From the NCBI GenBank assembly GCA_041742395.1, contig JBGSIS010000005.1:18696-82695 (forward strand): a stretch of DNA of 64,000 nucleotides, in the 5' to 3' direction. Below, one piece after another: positions 30,676-40,231 of this stretch (positions are counted from its first letter, which is position 1; the number at the start of each line of letters is the position of its first letter). The DNA comes from Candidatus Saccharimonadales bacterium. Lineage in GTDB: Bacteria > Patescibacteriota > Saccharimonadia > Saccharimonadales > JACQNP01. A program made the position numbers and the translations under genes. A model generated the notes under the pieces. It saw nothing but the letters and a program-made list of their open reading frames with translations, was not told where the DNA came from and made no database searches.

Positions 30676-31368
30676 ATGGAATTAATTCAAATCTTATTAC
30701 TAGTCACAATACTAGTAGTTTTGGTTAATAAAAAGCAAAATAATGAAAAAAAGATCCCGACCCTTAAGGGTGGTTCCAAAAAAGTAGTCATTGATTCTTG
30801 TGGTCTAATTGATGGCAGGATAACTAATCTGGTAGAATCTGGTTTTATTTCAGATAAACTAGTCGTACCCGAAATAGTACTAAAAGAATTACAGCAACTT
30901 GCCGACGGAAGAGATAGTCATAAGAGGGAGAGGGCGAGATACGGTTTAGACGTCGCAAAGTTACTTCAAGATAATAAAAGTACTGAATTCGAGATTGAAA
31001 GGACCGTAAAGGGTCCTAGTGAAAAAACAGACGACATCCTTGTACAGATTTGCAAAAAATCTGGGGATAAATTGTACACTACTGATTTTAATCTAACTAA
31101 ACTTGCTGAAATAGAGGGAGTCATGGTGTTAAATGTGAACGAACTAGCACAGCAACTCAGATCAATTGCACTTCCAGGAGAAAAGATACAAGTTAAAATT
31201 ATGCAAAAAGGAAGTAATCCTAGGCAGGGTGTTGGGTATCTTGACGATGGAACTATGGTAGTGATTGATGATGCCGCTAAGTTAAAAGGTAGAGTTGTAA
31301 AAGGCGAAGTAGTTAAGGTTCATCAGACAGTTGCAGGAAAGATGATCTTTGCTGTTAAGTCGAACTAG
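30676..31368 (+). CDS. yacL: PIN/TRAM domain protein (YacL-like)
   Basis: N-terminal TM, PIN (VVIDSCGLIDGRI) and a C-terminal TRAM-like beta domain (GRVVKGEVVKV) are present. Its ATG directly follows the radA stop. Confidence 0.75.
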   Translation: MELIQILLLVTILVVLVNKKQNNEKKIPTLKGGSKKVVIDSCGLIDGRITNLVESGFISDKLVVPEIVLKELQQLADGRDSHKRERARYGLDVAKLLQDNKSTEFEIERTVKGPSEKTDDILVQICKKSGDKLYTTDFNLTKLAEIEGVMVLNVNELAQQLRSIALPGEKIQVKIMQKGSNPRQGVGYLDDGTMVVIDDAAKLKGRVVKGEVVKVHQTVAGKMIFAVKSN

Positions 31369-34300
31369 ATTGAAATTTCATCCTCAAAAGCAGGACCTTT
31401 ACCTTTAACTTTAATTGTCACTTCTCCACTGTATGGCCCTGTGACAGTACAGGATTTACTACTAGTAGTGCATTCTTTGTTTCCATCAATGTAGACATCG
31501 AAGGGTCCTTCACCCCCGCTCCAAGATACATCAATATTTCCCGATCCATCCGAAACTGCTGAAATTGAAGTGATATTATTCGAAGATCCAGTACTGGCGG
31601 CAGCAAAATTAATCGTAGCACTGTCAGTTGCGTCATATAAAACGCTGTCTACCAGTTCAACTGTCACCGCTTTACTTCCGGTACCACTATAGCTAAATGA
31701 TAAGCTTCTTTCGCTTGCAGGGAAGGACTGTACGACTTGACCATCAATTATTACATTAATTACACCTCCGCCGAATTGCCCCCCTCCAGTAAGTGAGTGG
31801 GTGCCCTGTGTGGCTGCAATCAGGATCGTACATGATGCAGTGCAAGGTGATGAAGTGTTGGTAACCGTAATCGCAGGTTTGGCGTCGTCACATTTGTGTA
31901 TGTCGTCTTTTTCAGAAGTATTTGCATTGGCGCCAGGATTTACGAAAGGATCACCTGAAAAACTTCCGGCATTTTCTACAGTTTCTTTTTTGGCTCTTGC
32001 AGGTGTACAATCGGTAGCTAATTTGTTAGATACTACATCTATGACTTTTTTCTCACCGGTTTTCTTTTGTGAGTTTAAATACCAGGCAGGGAACATATCT
32101 TTTGCTGGACTAGGTTCGACTGACCCTAATCCAACATGTTGTCTAACTACGTAGGCGTTTTGATCTTGGACACCAGCTGGTCGCTCTCTAGCTATTGGTT
32201 CAATGCCATTGTGAGCATCTTGCATCCAACCTTGCCAAATTGGCTGCGTCATCGTTTCCATGAATGCTCGTGTTTCTACACGCCTGGTGTGGTGACCCAC
32301 CCAAACTCCGGCAGAATATTTAGTGGAAAAGCCCATCAACCAACCATCCTTAGAATCGTTTGTTGTACCAGTCTTTAAGCTGAAGCTCCAGCCATTATAC
32401 CTGTGAGGTTTCCTGGTGAAATAACTTGCATTTGGATCGGCCATCATATCGGCAACGATGTATGCTGATTCTGGCCTTACAACTTGTTCGCCAGCATCTT
32501 GCTTCCATTCATCGACAACTTTACTGCCTGAGTCTTCAATTTTTAGAATGTACGTTTGAGGAAGCTTTTTACCATTTCTAGAAATAGTTGCATAGGAGTG
32601 AACATGTTCGTCAAGCATCAAATACGCACCGTCACCAATTGCAGAGCTTGAGTAACACTGAGCTTCTTCACTTTCTTTAGCAAAGTTAACATCCTCTACA
32701 CCTTGCGCATAACATTTATATCCGCTATTCATACCAAGTTTTTCGGCCGTATCAATAGTTTTATCTACACCAGCTATTAGCATTGCCTTAACGGCTGGGA
32801 CGTTCCTGGATCCCCCCAGAGCGTACCTTAAAGTTAATGGACCAGGGTATCTAAAGTCAAAGTCCCACAGACAGTTTCCGCCTTGTTTAGGCCTATTCTT
32901 GTTTGTACAAGGATAACCTTCTAATGGTCCTTGGGTATCATATAGAACAGAACCGGCACCATGCTTATCGGTATGCTCAATAAGCGAAAGATAGTCATAT
33001 GGTTTAAAGCTAGATCCAGGAGGAAGCCTCCAGTGGGCGTAGTTATTTTCTCCGAATTCTTTATTAAAGAAGTCGACGCCACCAACTATAGCCACCATCT
33101 GACCGTTTGTAACATCACTTGCAGCGAAAGCAACATTGTCGAATCCGGCTCTCGTTACATTGGAATATCCTTCACGAACTTTTTGCTCTGCAAGATCCTG
33201 TAACTTAATATCAAGAGTTGTAGTAACTTTCCATCCACCTCTGTTTACTGTTTCAATTGAATACTTTTCTTCAAGTTGCTTTTTAGCTAGTAGGACAAAA
33301 TAAGGTGCCTTAATTCCTTCGTATTTTGGCTTAACTTCCTTGACCTTAGCTAGAGTATCAACTTTTTTAGCTTCGTCTCTTTCTTCGGATTTGATCATAT
33401 TCTGTTCAACCATTAAGTCTAAGATATAATGCTGTCTTCCAACTAGCGCCTCTGGGTTGTATCTTGGTCCATATGGAGAAAGTACTGAAGGGGATTTGGG
33501 TATCGCTGCTAAAAATGCTGCTTCGTCTAGTGTTAGATCTTTGGCAGATTTTTGAAAGTAATCTCTAGTAGAAGATTCGACACCATATTGAACGTTGCCA
33601 TAAGGAGCAGAGTTAAGATATCCAGTTAAAATCTCGTTCTTCGTATAACTGCGCTCAAGTTCGATAGATAGAATTATTTCTTTTAATTTACGTTGATAGG
33701 TTTGCTCACTTCCAACACCTTTTTGAGTTAGCCTAACCAATTGTTGAGTTATTGTAGATCCACCTTGTCTTTCATCTCCACCACCAGTTACATTTTTGAC
33801 TGCGGCACGAGATATACCTCTAACATCAAAACCACCGTGCTTAAAGAAGTCTTTGTCTTCTATCGCAACAGTCGCATCTTTTACATATTTAGATATTTCA
33901 TCTTCCTTAATTGGAATTCTCTTTACTGCATCAAAATCTTCCCATAGAAGAACTTCACCTGATCTGTCGTAATATCTGTTACTACCACCAAGGTTATTTC
34001 CGGATATATCTTTTAAGTTCGGTAAATCTTTTCGGTAATATGCAAAAAGTCCTACTAACAGTAAGAATCCAGCTATAATTGCAATTCCAGCAATCTTAAG
34101 GGCCATAATGCCACCCTCGCGACTGAACCAGTATTTGTATAGTCTCTTAGGATGCAGCCTAAAAAAGAATCGCTTAATTCTAGATTTTGGCATTCCCGCT
34201 AATCTCTGTGCTTTAAGAACAGCGCGATTATTGCGACGTGCCTTAAACTTCTCACCAAGTGAACGGTTTAGTTTAATAGTCTGTCCACTTTTAGTTATAA

Positions 34301-34370
34301 AAGTGTTTTTCTTACGACCTAACTGACTACCTTTGTTGACTGGTTTTCTGCCAGTATTCTTCTTAGCCAT
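31365..34370 (-). CDS. Class A penicillin-binding protein (transglycosylase/transpeptidase) with a C-terminal Ig-like beta-rich extension
   Basis: GT51 motifs EDKDFFKHGGFD and GGSTITQQL, a transpeptidase SSFKP motif, a basic cytoplasmic N-terminal tail of about 90 aa before the TM, and a Gly/Ser/Thr-rich C-terminus. Its stop overlaps the yacL stop (CTAG). Confidence 0.88.
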   Translation of the reverse strand: MAKKNTGRKPVNKGSQLGRKKNTFITKSGQTIKLNRSLGEKFKARRNNRAVLKAQRLAGMPKSRIKRFFFRLHPKRLYKYWFSREGGIMALKIAGIAIIAGFLLLVGLFAYYRKDLPNLKDISGNNLGGSNRYYDRSGEVLLWEDFDAVKRIPIKEDEISKYVKDATVAIEDKDFFKHGGFDVRGISRAAVKNVTGGGDERQGGSTITQQLVRLTQKGVGSEQTYQRKLKEIILSIELERSYTKNEILTGYLNSAPYGNVQYGVESSTRDYFQKSAKDLTLDEAAFLAAIPKSPSVLSPYGPRYNPEALVGRQHYILDLMVEQNMIKSEERDEAKKVDTLAKVKEVKPKYEGIKAPYFVLLAKKQLEEKYSIETVNRGGWKVTTTLDIKLQDLAEQKVREGYSNVTRAGFDNVAFAASDVTNGQMVAIVGGVDFFNKEFGENNYAHWRLPPGSSFKPYDYLSLIEHTDKHGAGSVLYDTQGPLEGYPCTNKNRPKQGGNCLWDFDFRYPGPLTLRYALGGSRNVPAVKAMLIAGVDKTIDTAEKLGMNSGYKCYAQGVEDVNFAKESEEAQCYSSSAIGDGAYLMLDEHVHSYATISRNGKKLPQTYILKIEDSGSKVVDEWKQDAGEQVVRPESAYIVADMMADPNASYFTRKPHRYNGWSFSLKTGTTNDSKDGWLMGFSTKYSAGVWVGHHTRRVETRAFMETMTQPIWQGWMQDAHNGIEPIARERPAGVQDQNAYVVRQHVGLGSVEPSPAKDMFPAWYLNSQKKTGEKKVIDVVSNKLATDCTPARAKKETVENAGSFSGDPFVNPGANANTSEKDDIHKCDDAKPAITVTNTSSPCTASCTILIAATQGTHSLTGGGQFGGGVINVIIDGQVVQSFPASERSLSFSYSGTGSKAVTVELVDSVLYDATDSATINFAAASTGSSNNITSISAVSDGSGNIDVSWSGGEGPFDVYIDGNKECTTSSKSCTVTGPYSGEVTIKVKGKGPAFEDEISI

Positions 34371-34468
34371 CTATAAATTTATCTCCCAAATATTCAAAAC
34401 GAAGTGCTGACTAATATTATATCAAAAGAAAGCTTGTGGCAATGAAAATTATCAAAGAAAATCTTAAG

Positions 34469-34477
34469 TGTTATATA
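34469..34477 (+). promoter_or_regulatory. Extended -10 (TGtTATATA) 9 nt upstream of the tyrS ATG; a candidate leaderless promoter
   Basis: TG at 34469-34470 and TATATA at 34472-34477. The ATG is at 34487 with no SD. Confidence 0.4.
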
Positions 34478-34486
34478 CTGTAATCT

Positions 34487-35719
34487 ATGAGTAAAATGAC
34501 TTTATCTGAAGAACTATCTTGGCGCGGTTTTATAAAACAAACAACAATAAAGGATATTAAGGAGTTAGATAACAAAAAAATCATCTTTTATCACGGCTAT
34601 GACGCATCCGCTGACTCTCAAACTATAGGTAACTTAGCAGCTATGATGTTTGATAAAGTCTTTTTAAGGCATGGACATAAGGCCGTAATACTCGCAGGAG
34701 GCGCTACCAGTATGATCGGCGATCCAGGAGGTAAGGATAAAGAAAGACCAATGCAAAGTGAAGAAGTAATTTCGTTCAACGTTTCATGTGCAGAAAAACA
34801 ACTAAAACAAGTTTTTAAAGACAATGATTTTACTCTAGTAAATAACATTGAATGGTTTAAAAGCATGAACGTAATAGATTATTTACGTGGCGTCGGCAAA
34901 CACTTTAGTATGACTCCATTAATTCAAAGAGACTATATTGCAAAAAGGATCGGAGAAGATGGTGATGGAATTAGCTATACTGAGTTTAGCTATACCATCT
35001 TACAGGGATATGATTTCCTATATTTATATAGAAAATATGGAGTTAATTTACAGTTAGCTGGAAGTGATCAATGGGGTAATAGTTTGTCAGGAATTGACTT
35101 AATAAGAAGAGTTGAAGGTGTGGAAGTTGATGTAATTACTCTTCCACTAGTCATCAATAAGACTACTGGAAAAAAATTTGGTAAAAGTGAAGATGGTGCA
35201 GTTTGGCTTGATGAAAATAAAACAAGTGTTTTTAAATTCTATCAATTTTGGTTAAATATTGATGATGAAGGTTGTGAAGAATATTTAAAGATTTACACTG
35301 AATTAGATAAAAAAGAAATAGATTCTGTCTTGAAAGAGTTTGAGAATAATAGATCATCTCGTTATGCTCAGAAAGTTTTAGCTAAAGAAATTACATCTCT
35401 ATTACATGGGAGGGACAGGGCATTATCTGCTGAAAAGGTTAGTAACGTGCTTTTTGGTGGGGAAAATTTCATGGATCTTAATGATAATGAACTAGAACTG
35501 CTTTCTAAGGAATTGGCTACGGTAAAATATCTCGATGATATTATCGAGTTAATAGTGTCGGCTAACCTAGCAACCAGTAAAACTGAAGCGAGAAATCTAG
35601 TTAATTCCGGAGCTATAAATCTTAATGGAAATAAAATATCTCTGGATGAATATGGTTTTATTGAAGGTATTAATTTACTAAAGAAAGGCAAAAACAGCTT
35701 CGTTTTGGTTAAAAAATAA
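34487..35719 (+). CDS. tyrS: Tyrosyl-tRNA synthetase with a non-canonical HIGH motif
   Basis: The class I TyrRS core (GYDASADS..., GGATSMIGDPGGK), KMSKS-like KFGKS and a C-terminal S4-like domain are present. The HIGH position reads TIGN. Confidence 0.85.
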   Translation: MSKMTLSEELSWRGFIKQTTIKDIKELDNKKIIFYHGYDASADSQTIGNLAAMMFDKVFLRHGHKAVILAGGATSMIGDPGGKDKERPMQSEEVISFNVSCAEKQLKQVFKDNDFTLVNNIEWFKSMNVIDYLRGVGKHFSMTPLIQRDYIAKRIGEDGDGISYTEFSYTILQGYDFLYLYRKYGVNLQLAGSDQWGNSLSGIDLIRRVEGVEVDVITLPLVINKTTGKKFGKSEDGAVWLDENKTSVFKFYQFWLNIDDEGCEEYLKIYTELDKKEIDSVLKEFENNRSSRYAQKVLAKEITSLLHGRDRALSAEKVSNVLFGGENFMDLNDNELELLSKELATVKYLDDIIELIVSANLATSKTEARNLVNSGAINLNGNKISLDEYGFIEGINLLKKGKNSFVLVKK

Positions 35720-35724
35720 GCAAC

Positions 35725-35733
35725 TGGTATACT
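35725..35733 (+). promoter_or_regulatory. Extended -10 (TGgTATACT) 9 nt upstream of the methyltransferase ATG; a candidate leaderless promoter
   Basis: TGGTATACT at 35725-35733, with the ATG at 35743. Confidence 0.4.
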
Positions 35734-35742
35734 TCTTCAGTT

Positions 35743-36513
35743 ATGACTAATAAATCAACAAAGAAAAAAGCAGATCAATATAATGACCCAAGCCACAACT
35801 ACCTAAAATATTGGGAAGGGCGAGACTATGAGCACGCTTCAGAAGAAATTGCCATTACGCGTCTATTAAAGGGTCGACATTTTCGGCATGCAGCCGATAT
35901 TGGCGGTGGATATGGCAGGTTGTGCGTTCTTCTAAAGCAATATTCCGATAAAGTTACTTTGGCAGAGCCTTCGAAACAGCAACTAGATATTGCTAAGGAC
36001 TTTCTAAAAGACTATCAAGACATCGATAAGAAGTTAACTCAAGCAGACGACTTAGACTTTAAAAAAGGTGAATTAGATCTAGTAACTATGATAAGGGTTA
36101 TGCATCATTTACCTAATCCAGCTCAAGAGTTTAAAGAAATATCCAGAGTATTGTCTGACGACGGATATTTAATCTTAGAGGTGGCAAACTATGCACATGC
36201 TAGAAATAGAATTAAACATATTGCAAAAGGAAAGGCTTTACCGACGGAACCTGTGGATATTCGTTCTGAAGAAAATAAGAAAGATAATGAGATTGCTTTC
36301 GTTAATCATAATCCAAAAACAGTCATAAAGCAGCTTTCACATGCAGGATTAAAAGTTGATAGTGTTTTGTCGGTCTCTAATCTGAGGAGTCCAACTATAA
36401 AGAAAGTTATTCCAGAATCTGTCATGTTGAGCGTTGAAAGGTTACTCCAAAAACCATTATCCAAAACATATTTTGGTCCTAGTATATTCTTTCTGGTTAA
36501 GAAAGCTTCTTAG
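35743..36513 (+). CDS. Class I SAM-dependent methyltransferase
   Basis: Motif I ADIGGGYGRLCVLL and the post-I/II pattern are present. Size is 256 aa. Confidence 0.75.
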   Translation: MTNKSTKKKADQYNDPSHNYLKYWEGRDYEHASEEIAITRLLKGRHFRHAADIGGGYGRLCVLLKQYSDKVTLAEPSKQQLDIAKDFLKDYQDIDKKLTQADDLDFKKGELDLVTMIRVMHHLPNPAQEFKEISRVLSDDGYLILEVANYAHARNRIKHIAKGKALPTEPVDIRSEENKKDNEIAFVNHNPKTVIKQLSHAGLKVDSVLSVSNLRSPTIKKVIPESVMLSVERLLQKPLSKTYFGPSIFFLVKKAS

Positions 36514-36529
36514 TCTATACTTGTAGTTA

Positions 36530-38563
36530 ATGAATCTTGAGGCACCAATCGAATCCGTTAAAGGTGTGGGTGAAGTTTTGAAGTCTAATCTAAACAGACT
36601 CGGTGTATTTACTGTTGGAGATATCATTGATTACTATCCAAAAAGATATGAAGACTATAGTGATATCCATAAAATAAGTTCTATAAAACCAGGAATAGTA
36701 ACTATAAGGGCAGTTATCAAGCAGGCATCCTCGAAGTACGTCCGTCGCGGAATGAACATTACTGAGGCAGTTGCTAGCGATGAAAGCGGCAGTGTTAGAT
36801 TAATTTGGTTTAATCAGCCATATAGAGCCAACTCAATAAAAAAGGATGAAGAATACTTCATAAGAGGCGACTTTGGTCTTCGTAGAGGTAGATTAAGCAT
36901 TTTAAGTCCAACTTTAGAATTAGTATCGGACTTTCCAGTTCATAGCGCTAGAATAGTTCCAGTATACAAATTGACTAAAGGTGTTAAATCTTCACAAATT
37001 AGAACTATAATTTCTAATTTAAGAAATAGCGTAAGTTTAGTAGAGGAAACTTTACCAACGTGGATTATAGAAAATAACAAGTTAGTAGGTAGATCTGAAG
37101 CGTTATTTAAACTACATTTTCCTGACAATGCAATTGATGTAGAAAATGCCAAAAAACGTCTCGGTTTCGAAGAAATATTTCAACTTAGCTTGGCGTCTGA
37201 GTTCAATAAATTAGACCTTACAAATGAAAAAGCCCCGATAGTTAAATTTGACCAAGAACTAGCAAAAAAATTCGTGAGTTCTCTTGATTTTGATTTGACA
37301 AATGCTCAGAAGAAAGCCGTTTGGCAAATATATAAAGATATCCAGAGTACCAGTCCTATGAATCGACTGCTTGAGGGTGATGTTGGTTCGGGCAAAACTA
37401 TTGTTGCATGCATGTCGGCAATTATGGCGGTAAATGCAGGGTATCAAGTAGCAATAATGGCGCCAACCGAAATATTAGCTCGACAACATTTAGAATCCTT
37501 CACTTCGTTATTGAAACCCATAAAGATGCACAAGTCGGTTTCGCTTCTTTTAGGAAAAACCAATAAAAATGATAGGAGTAAGTTACTAAAAGATTTAAAA
37601 AATGACAAAGTTAAGATAATAATTGGCACAACATCGCTTATTCAGGACATTGTTTCATTGAATAACCTATCTCTAATAGTTATAGACGAGCAGCATCGAT
37701 TTGGTGTTGACCAGAGAAAAAAACTAATGTCAAAATCTCATAAAGTTCCCCATGTGCTGTCAATGACAGCAACTCCAATTCCACGAAGTCTTGCATTAAC
37801 CCTTTATGGAGAGTTAGACATTACAGTTATTGATGAAAAACCTGCAAACAGGTTACCAATCGCTACATCTCTGGTGTCACCAAATTCGATTAAACAGATG
37901 TACGATAGAATAAAAGACGAACTGAACTCGGGTCGTCAGGCAATAATTGTCTGTCCAGTAATAGAAGACTCATCTGACGAAGTTAATTCTGTGGAAAAAG
38001 TTTATCTTAAATTGAGCAAAGGTGAATTTAAAAAATATAAGTTAGGACTTCTACATGGAAAACAACATTCTAAAAATAAAGAGGAAGTTATGCAAAAATT
38101 TTCTGATGGCGAAATTAATCTTTTAGTCACCACCACAGTAATAGAGGTTGGAGTCGATGTACCAAATGCTACAGTTATTGCAGTATTATCACCAGAGAGG
38201 TTTGGATTAGCTCAAATTCATCAACTTAGGGGAAGAGTCGGGAGAAGTCATTATCAAAGTTACTGCTATTTAGTGCTGAGTGATTCTAATTCTCCTTCTC
38301 GAAGAATGAGAGCACTAGCCACTAAAAGTAGTGGATTTAAACTGTCAGAGTTAGATTTGGAGATAAGGGGACCTGGAGCAATATATGGTACTATACAGCA
38401 CGGCGCACTCGATCTTAGGATTGCTAACTTATCAGATGTTAAGTTGATTGAATCTGCAAAAAACTCTGCAAAATTATTCATTGAAAACAAAGAAAAATTA
38501 TCAAATTATCCCCATTTGAGCGATAATGTTAATAAGTTGAGAAAAATAACTAATTTTAATTAA
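36530..38563 (+). CDS. recG: ATP-dependent DNA helicase RecG
   Basis: The wedge/OB N-terminal domain, Walker A LEGDVGSGKT, DEQHRFGV and helicase C motifs are present. Size is 677 aa. Confidence 0.9.
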   Translation: MNLEAPIESVKGVGEVLKSNLNRLGVFTVGDIIDYYPKRYEDYSDIHKISSIKPGIVTIRAVIKQASSKYVRRGMNITEAVASDESGSVRLIWFNQPYRANSIKKDEEYFIRGDFGLRRGRLSILSPTLELVSDFPVHSARIVPVYKLTKGVKSSQIRTIISNLRNSVSLVEETLPTWIIENNKLVGRSEALFKLHFPDNAIDVENAKKRLGFEEIFQLSLASEFNKLDLTNEKAPIVKFDQELAKKFVSSLDFDLTNAQKKAVWQIYKDIQSTSPMNRLLEGDVGSGKTIVACMSAIMAVNAGYQVAIMAPTEILARQHLESFTSLLKPIKMHKSVSLLLGKTNKNDRSKLLKDLKNDKVKIIIGTTSLIQDIVSLNNLSLIVIDEQHRFGVDQRKKLMSKSHKVPHVLSMTATPIPRSLALTLYGELDITVIDEKPANRLPIATSLVSPNSIKQMYDRIKDELNSGRQAIIVCPVIEDSSDEVNSVEKVYLKLSKGEFKKYKLGLLHGKQHSKNKEEVMQKFSDGEINLLVTTTVIEVGVDVPNATVIAVLSPERFGLAQIHQLRGRVGRSHYQSYCYLVLSDSNSPSRRMRALATKSSGFKLSELDLEIRGPGAIYGTIQHGALDLRIANLSDVKLIESAKNSAKLFIENKEKLSNYPHLSDNVNKLRKITNFN

Positions 38564-38569
38564 ATAACT

Positions 38570-39391
38570 ATGTATTCAGGATCCACTTTAACTAAATATT
38601 CAGGTAGAATCGTTGGTGCACACCAAAAGTTTGATAGTGTGGCTAGGCGACATTTATCAAAGATCATGTCTGACAATGACAATTTTCCTAAAATTAGATC
38701 CATATTGGCATTTGAAGGCAAAAACGGACCTGATGGAATAAAGCGAAAAAGTCCAGCAAAAGATGAGCCTTGGCATTATTTTAATCCGTTTGATGATAAA
38801 GACTTAGAGATTGTTACCCAGATAAACGAACACTATAAACAGTTAGTTATCGAGTTGAAAAACAAGAATATTGAAAGAAGTAGTTTTGAAGCGGCTTGGT
38901 TAGCTCATGCCCTAGTAGATGGACTAACTCCAGCTCATCATTATCCGTATGAGGAAGAGTTATCCGTACTTAGAGGTGGACAGCCCTTAAGTACTCGTGA
39001 CAGTGTTAAAGCGAAATTAATAATGCCTGGGGACACTAAAAAAGAAGCCCTCAAAAATAATTGGAAAATGTGGGGTCCTAAAGGACTAATGAGTACTCAC
39101 GGATTGTTTGAGTTTGGTGTCGCTACAATAATTAAGCCTCTTACATTTTCCGAGGCTTTACCAACAAATAAAGAAATTGAAAGTGCAATCGATATTGGTC
39201 ATAGTGAGTTGTTTGTGAGATCGGCACGAGAAATTGCAGTTCTAGATATGTACGAAAACTACATGAAAAAAGGTTGGACACCTAAACTTGCTTGGCAGGT
39301 TAGGCACAGACTCGGTCCTATAATCGTAAAAACTGTAACTCTTACTTGGTATCTTGCATTATTAGAATCAGGAGTCGAGAAAATCAAGTGA
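38570..39391 (+). CDS. Hypothetical protein resembling Zn-dependent phospholipase C / S1-P1 nuclease
   Basis: AHQKFDSVARRHLSKIM, EPWHYFNPFDD and AWLAHALVDGLTPAHH resemble the Zn ligands of that superfamily. There is no signal peptide. The call is weak. Confidence 0.4.
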   Translation: MYSGSTLTKYSGRIVGAHQKFDSVARRHLSKIMSDNDNFPKIRSILAFEGKNGPDGIKRKSPAKDEPWHYFNPFDDKDLEIVTQINEHYKQLVIELKNKNIERSSFEAAWLAHALVDGLTPAHHYPYEEELSVLRGGQPLSTRDSVKAKLIMPGDTKKEALKNNWKMWGPKGLMSTHGLFEFGVATIIKPLTFSEALPTNKEIESAIDIGHSELFVRSAREIAVLDMYENYMKKGWTPKLAWQVRHRLGPIIVKTVTLTWYLALLESGVEKIK

Positions 39392-39921
39392 GAATAATTT
39401 CTGGAATTTTATCAGGACGTACAATACTTGCTCCAAGTGGAAGTGTAACTCACCCAATGTCAGAAAAAATTCGTGGTGCATTATTTTCAACTTTAGGAGA
39501 TATTGAGGGACTGAATTTATTAGATGCATATGCGGGTAGTGGTGCAATTGGAATTGAGGCAGTCAGTAGGGGTGCAGTAAAAGTGGTTATGATCGAAAAT
39601 GATAGGCTTGCCCAAAAAACTATAGAAAAAAACATTAAAGATTTAAATTTGGACCAAAAAATTAAACTGATACATTCCAATAATAATTCCTGGTCAGAAA
39701 ATAATACTGAAGAAAAGTTCGATATAGTAATACTTGATCCACCATACAACGATTTAAAAGAAGAGATATTAAATAAGCTAAATATTCACACCGTTATAGG
39801 GGGAATTCTAATTTTGTCATTACCTCCAACTAGTACATTTTGTCCAAACGATGATTTCCAAGAAATTAAATCTAAAAAATATGGCGATTCTAGACTAGTA
39901 TTTTACAAAAGAATAAGTTAA
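39388..39921 (+). CDS. rsmD: 16S rRNA (guanine966-N2)-methyltransferase RsmD
   Basis: RIISGILSGRTILAPSGSVTHPMSEKIRGALFS...LDAYAGSGAIGIEAVSRGA...DPPY is present. Its GTG start overlaps the upstream stop (GTGA). Confidence 0.8.
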   Translation: MRIISGILSGRTILAPSGSVTHPMSEKIRGALFSTLGDIEGLNLLDAYAGSGAIGIEAVSRGAVKVVMIENDRLAQKTIEKNIKDLNLDQKIKLIHSNNNSWSENNTEEKFDIVILDPPYNDLKEEILNKLNIHTVIGGILILSLPPTSTFCPNDDFQEIKSKKYGDSRLVFYKRIS

Positions 39922-39946
39922 AATCAACTTCGTTGTCACTATCCCC

Positions 39947-40031
39947 GGGCGAGTGGTGGAATTGGTAGACACGCTAGTCTTAGGAACTAGTGCCGCAAGG
40001 CGTGAAGGTTCAAGTCCTTTCTCGCCCACCA
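39947..40031 (+). tRNA. tRNA-Leu (anticodon UAG), class II with a long variable arm and an encoded CCA
   Basis: Acceptor GGGCGAG/CTCGCCC, D-loop AATTGGTAGA, anticodon stem CTAGT/ACTAG with loop CTTAGGA (U33, TAG, G37), variable hairpin GCCGCAAGGC and T-loop GGTTCAAGTCC. Confidence 0.85.
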
Positions 40032-40124
40032 AAGAATATAATATGAAAAACATTAATTTTTACTGGTTTCATAAACATATTATGCCGGAGCTAACTAGGT
40101 AGTATTTTACTTTGAAGAAAATTA

Positions 40125-40148
40125 CGTCGGGTTAGCCCGGCGTTTTTT
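40125..40148 (+). terminator. Rho-independent terminator downstream of tRNA-Leu
   Basis: Stem CGTCGGG/CCCGGCG (7 bp with one G-U), loop TTAG, then TTTTTT. Confidence 0.65.
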
Positions 40149-40231
40149 ATTATATTGAAATTTTTAATAAAAATTATTAAATAGAAAAACTGAACTTACG
40201 TTAAAAATATAATGTACAATGGGAGTAAATT

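Noticed and set aside
34371-34486. T-box riboswitch upstream of tyrS or hisS
   Set aside because: The intergenic regions are too short (under 120 nt), and no specifier or antiterminator structure is evident. Extended -10 plus leaderless start instead.
40061-40124. Long-range inverted repeat GCCGGAGCTAAC…GTTAGCCCGGC after tRNA-Leu as a separate element
   Set aside because: It is more simply explained as part of the local terminator stem (CGTCGGG/CCCGGCG + T6). The outer pairing is imperfect.
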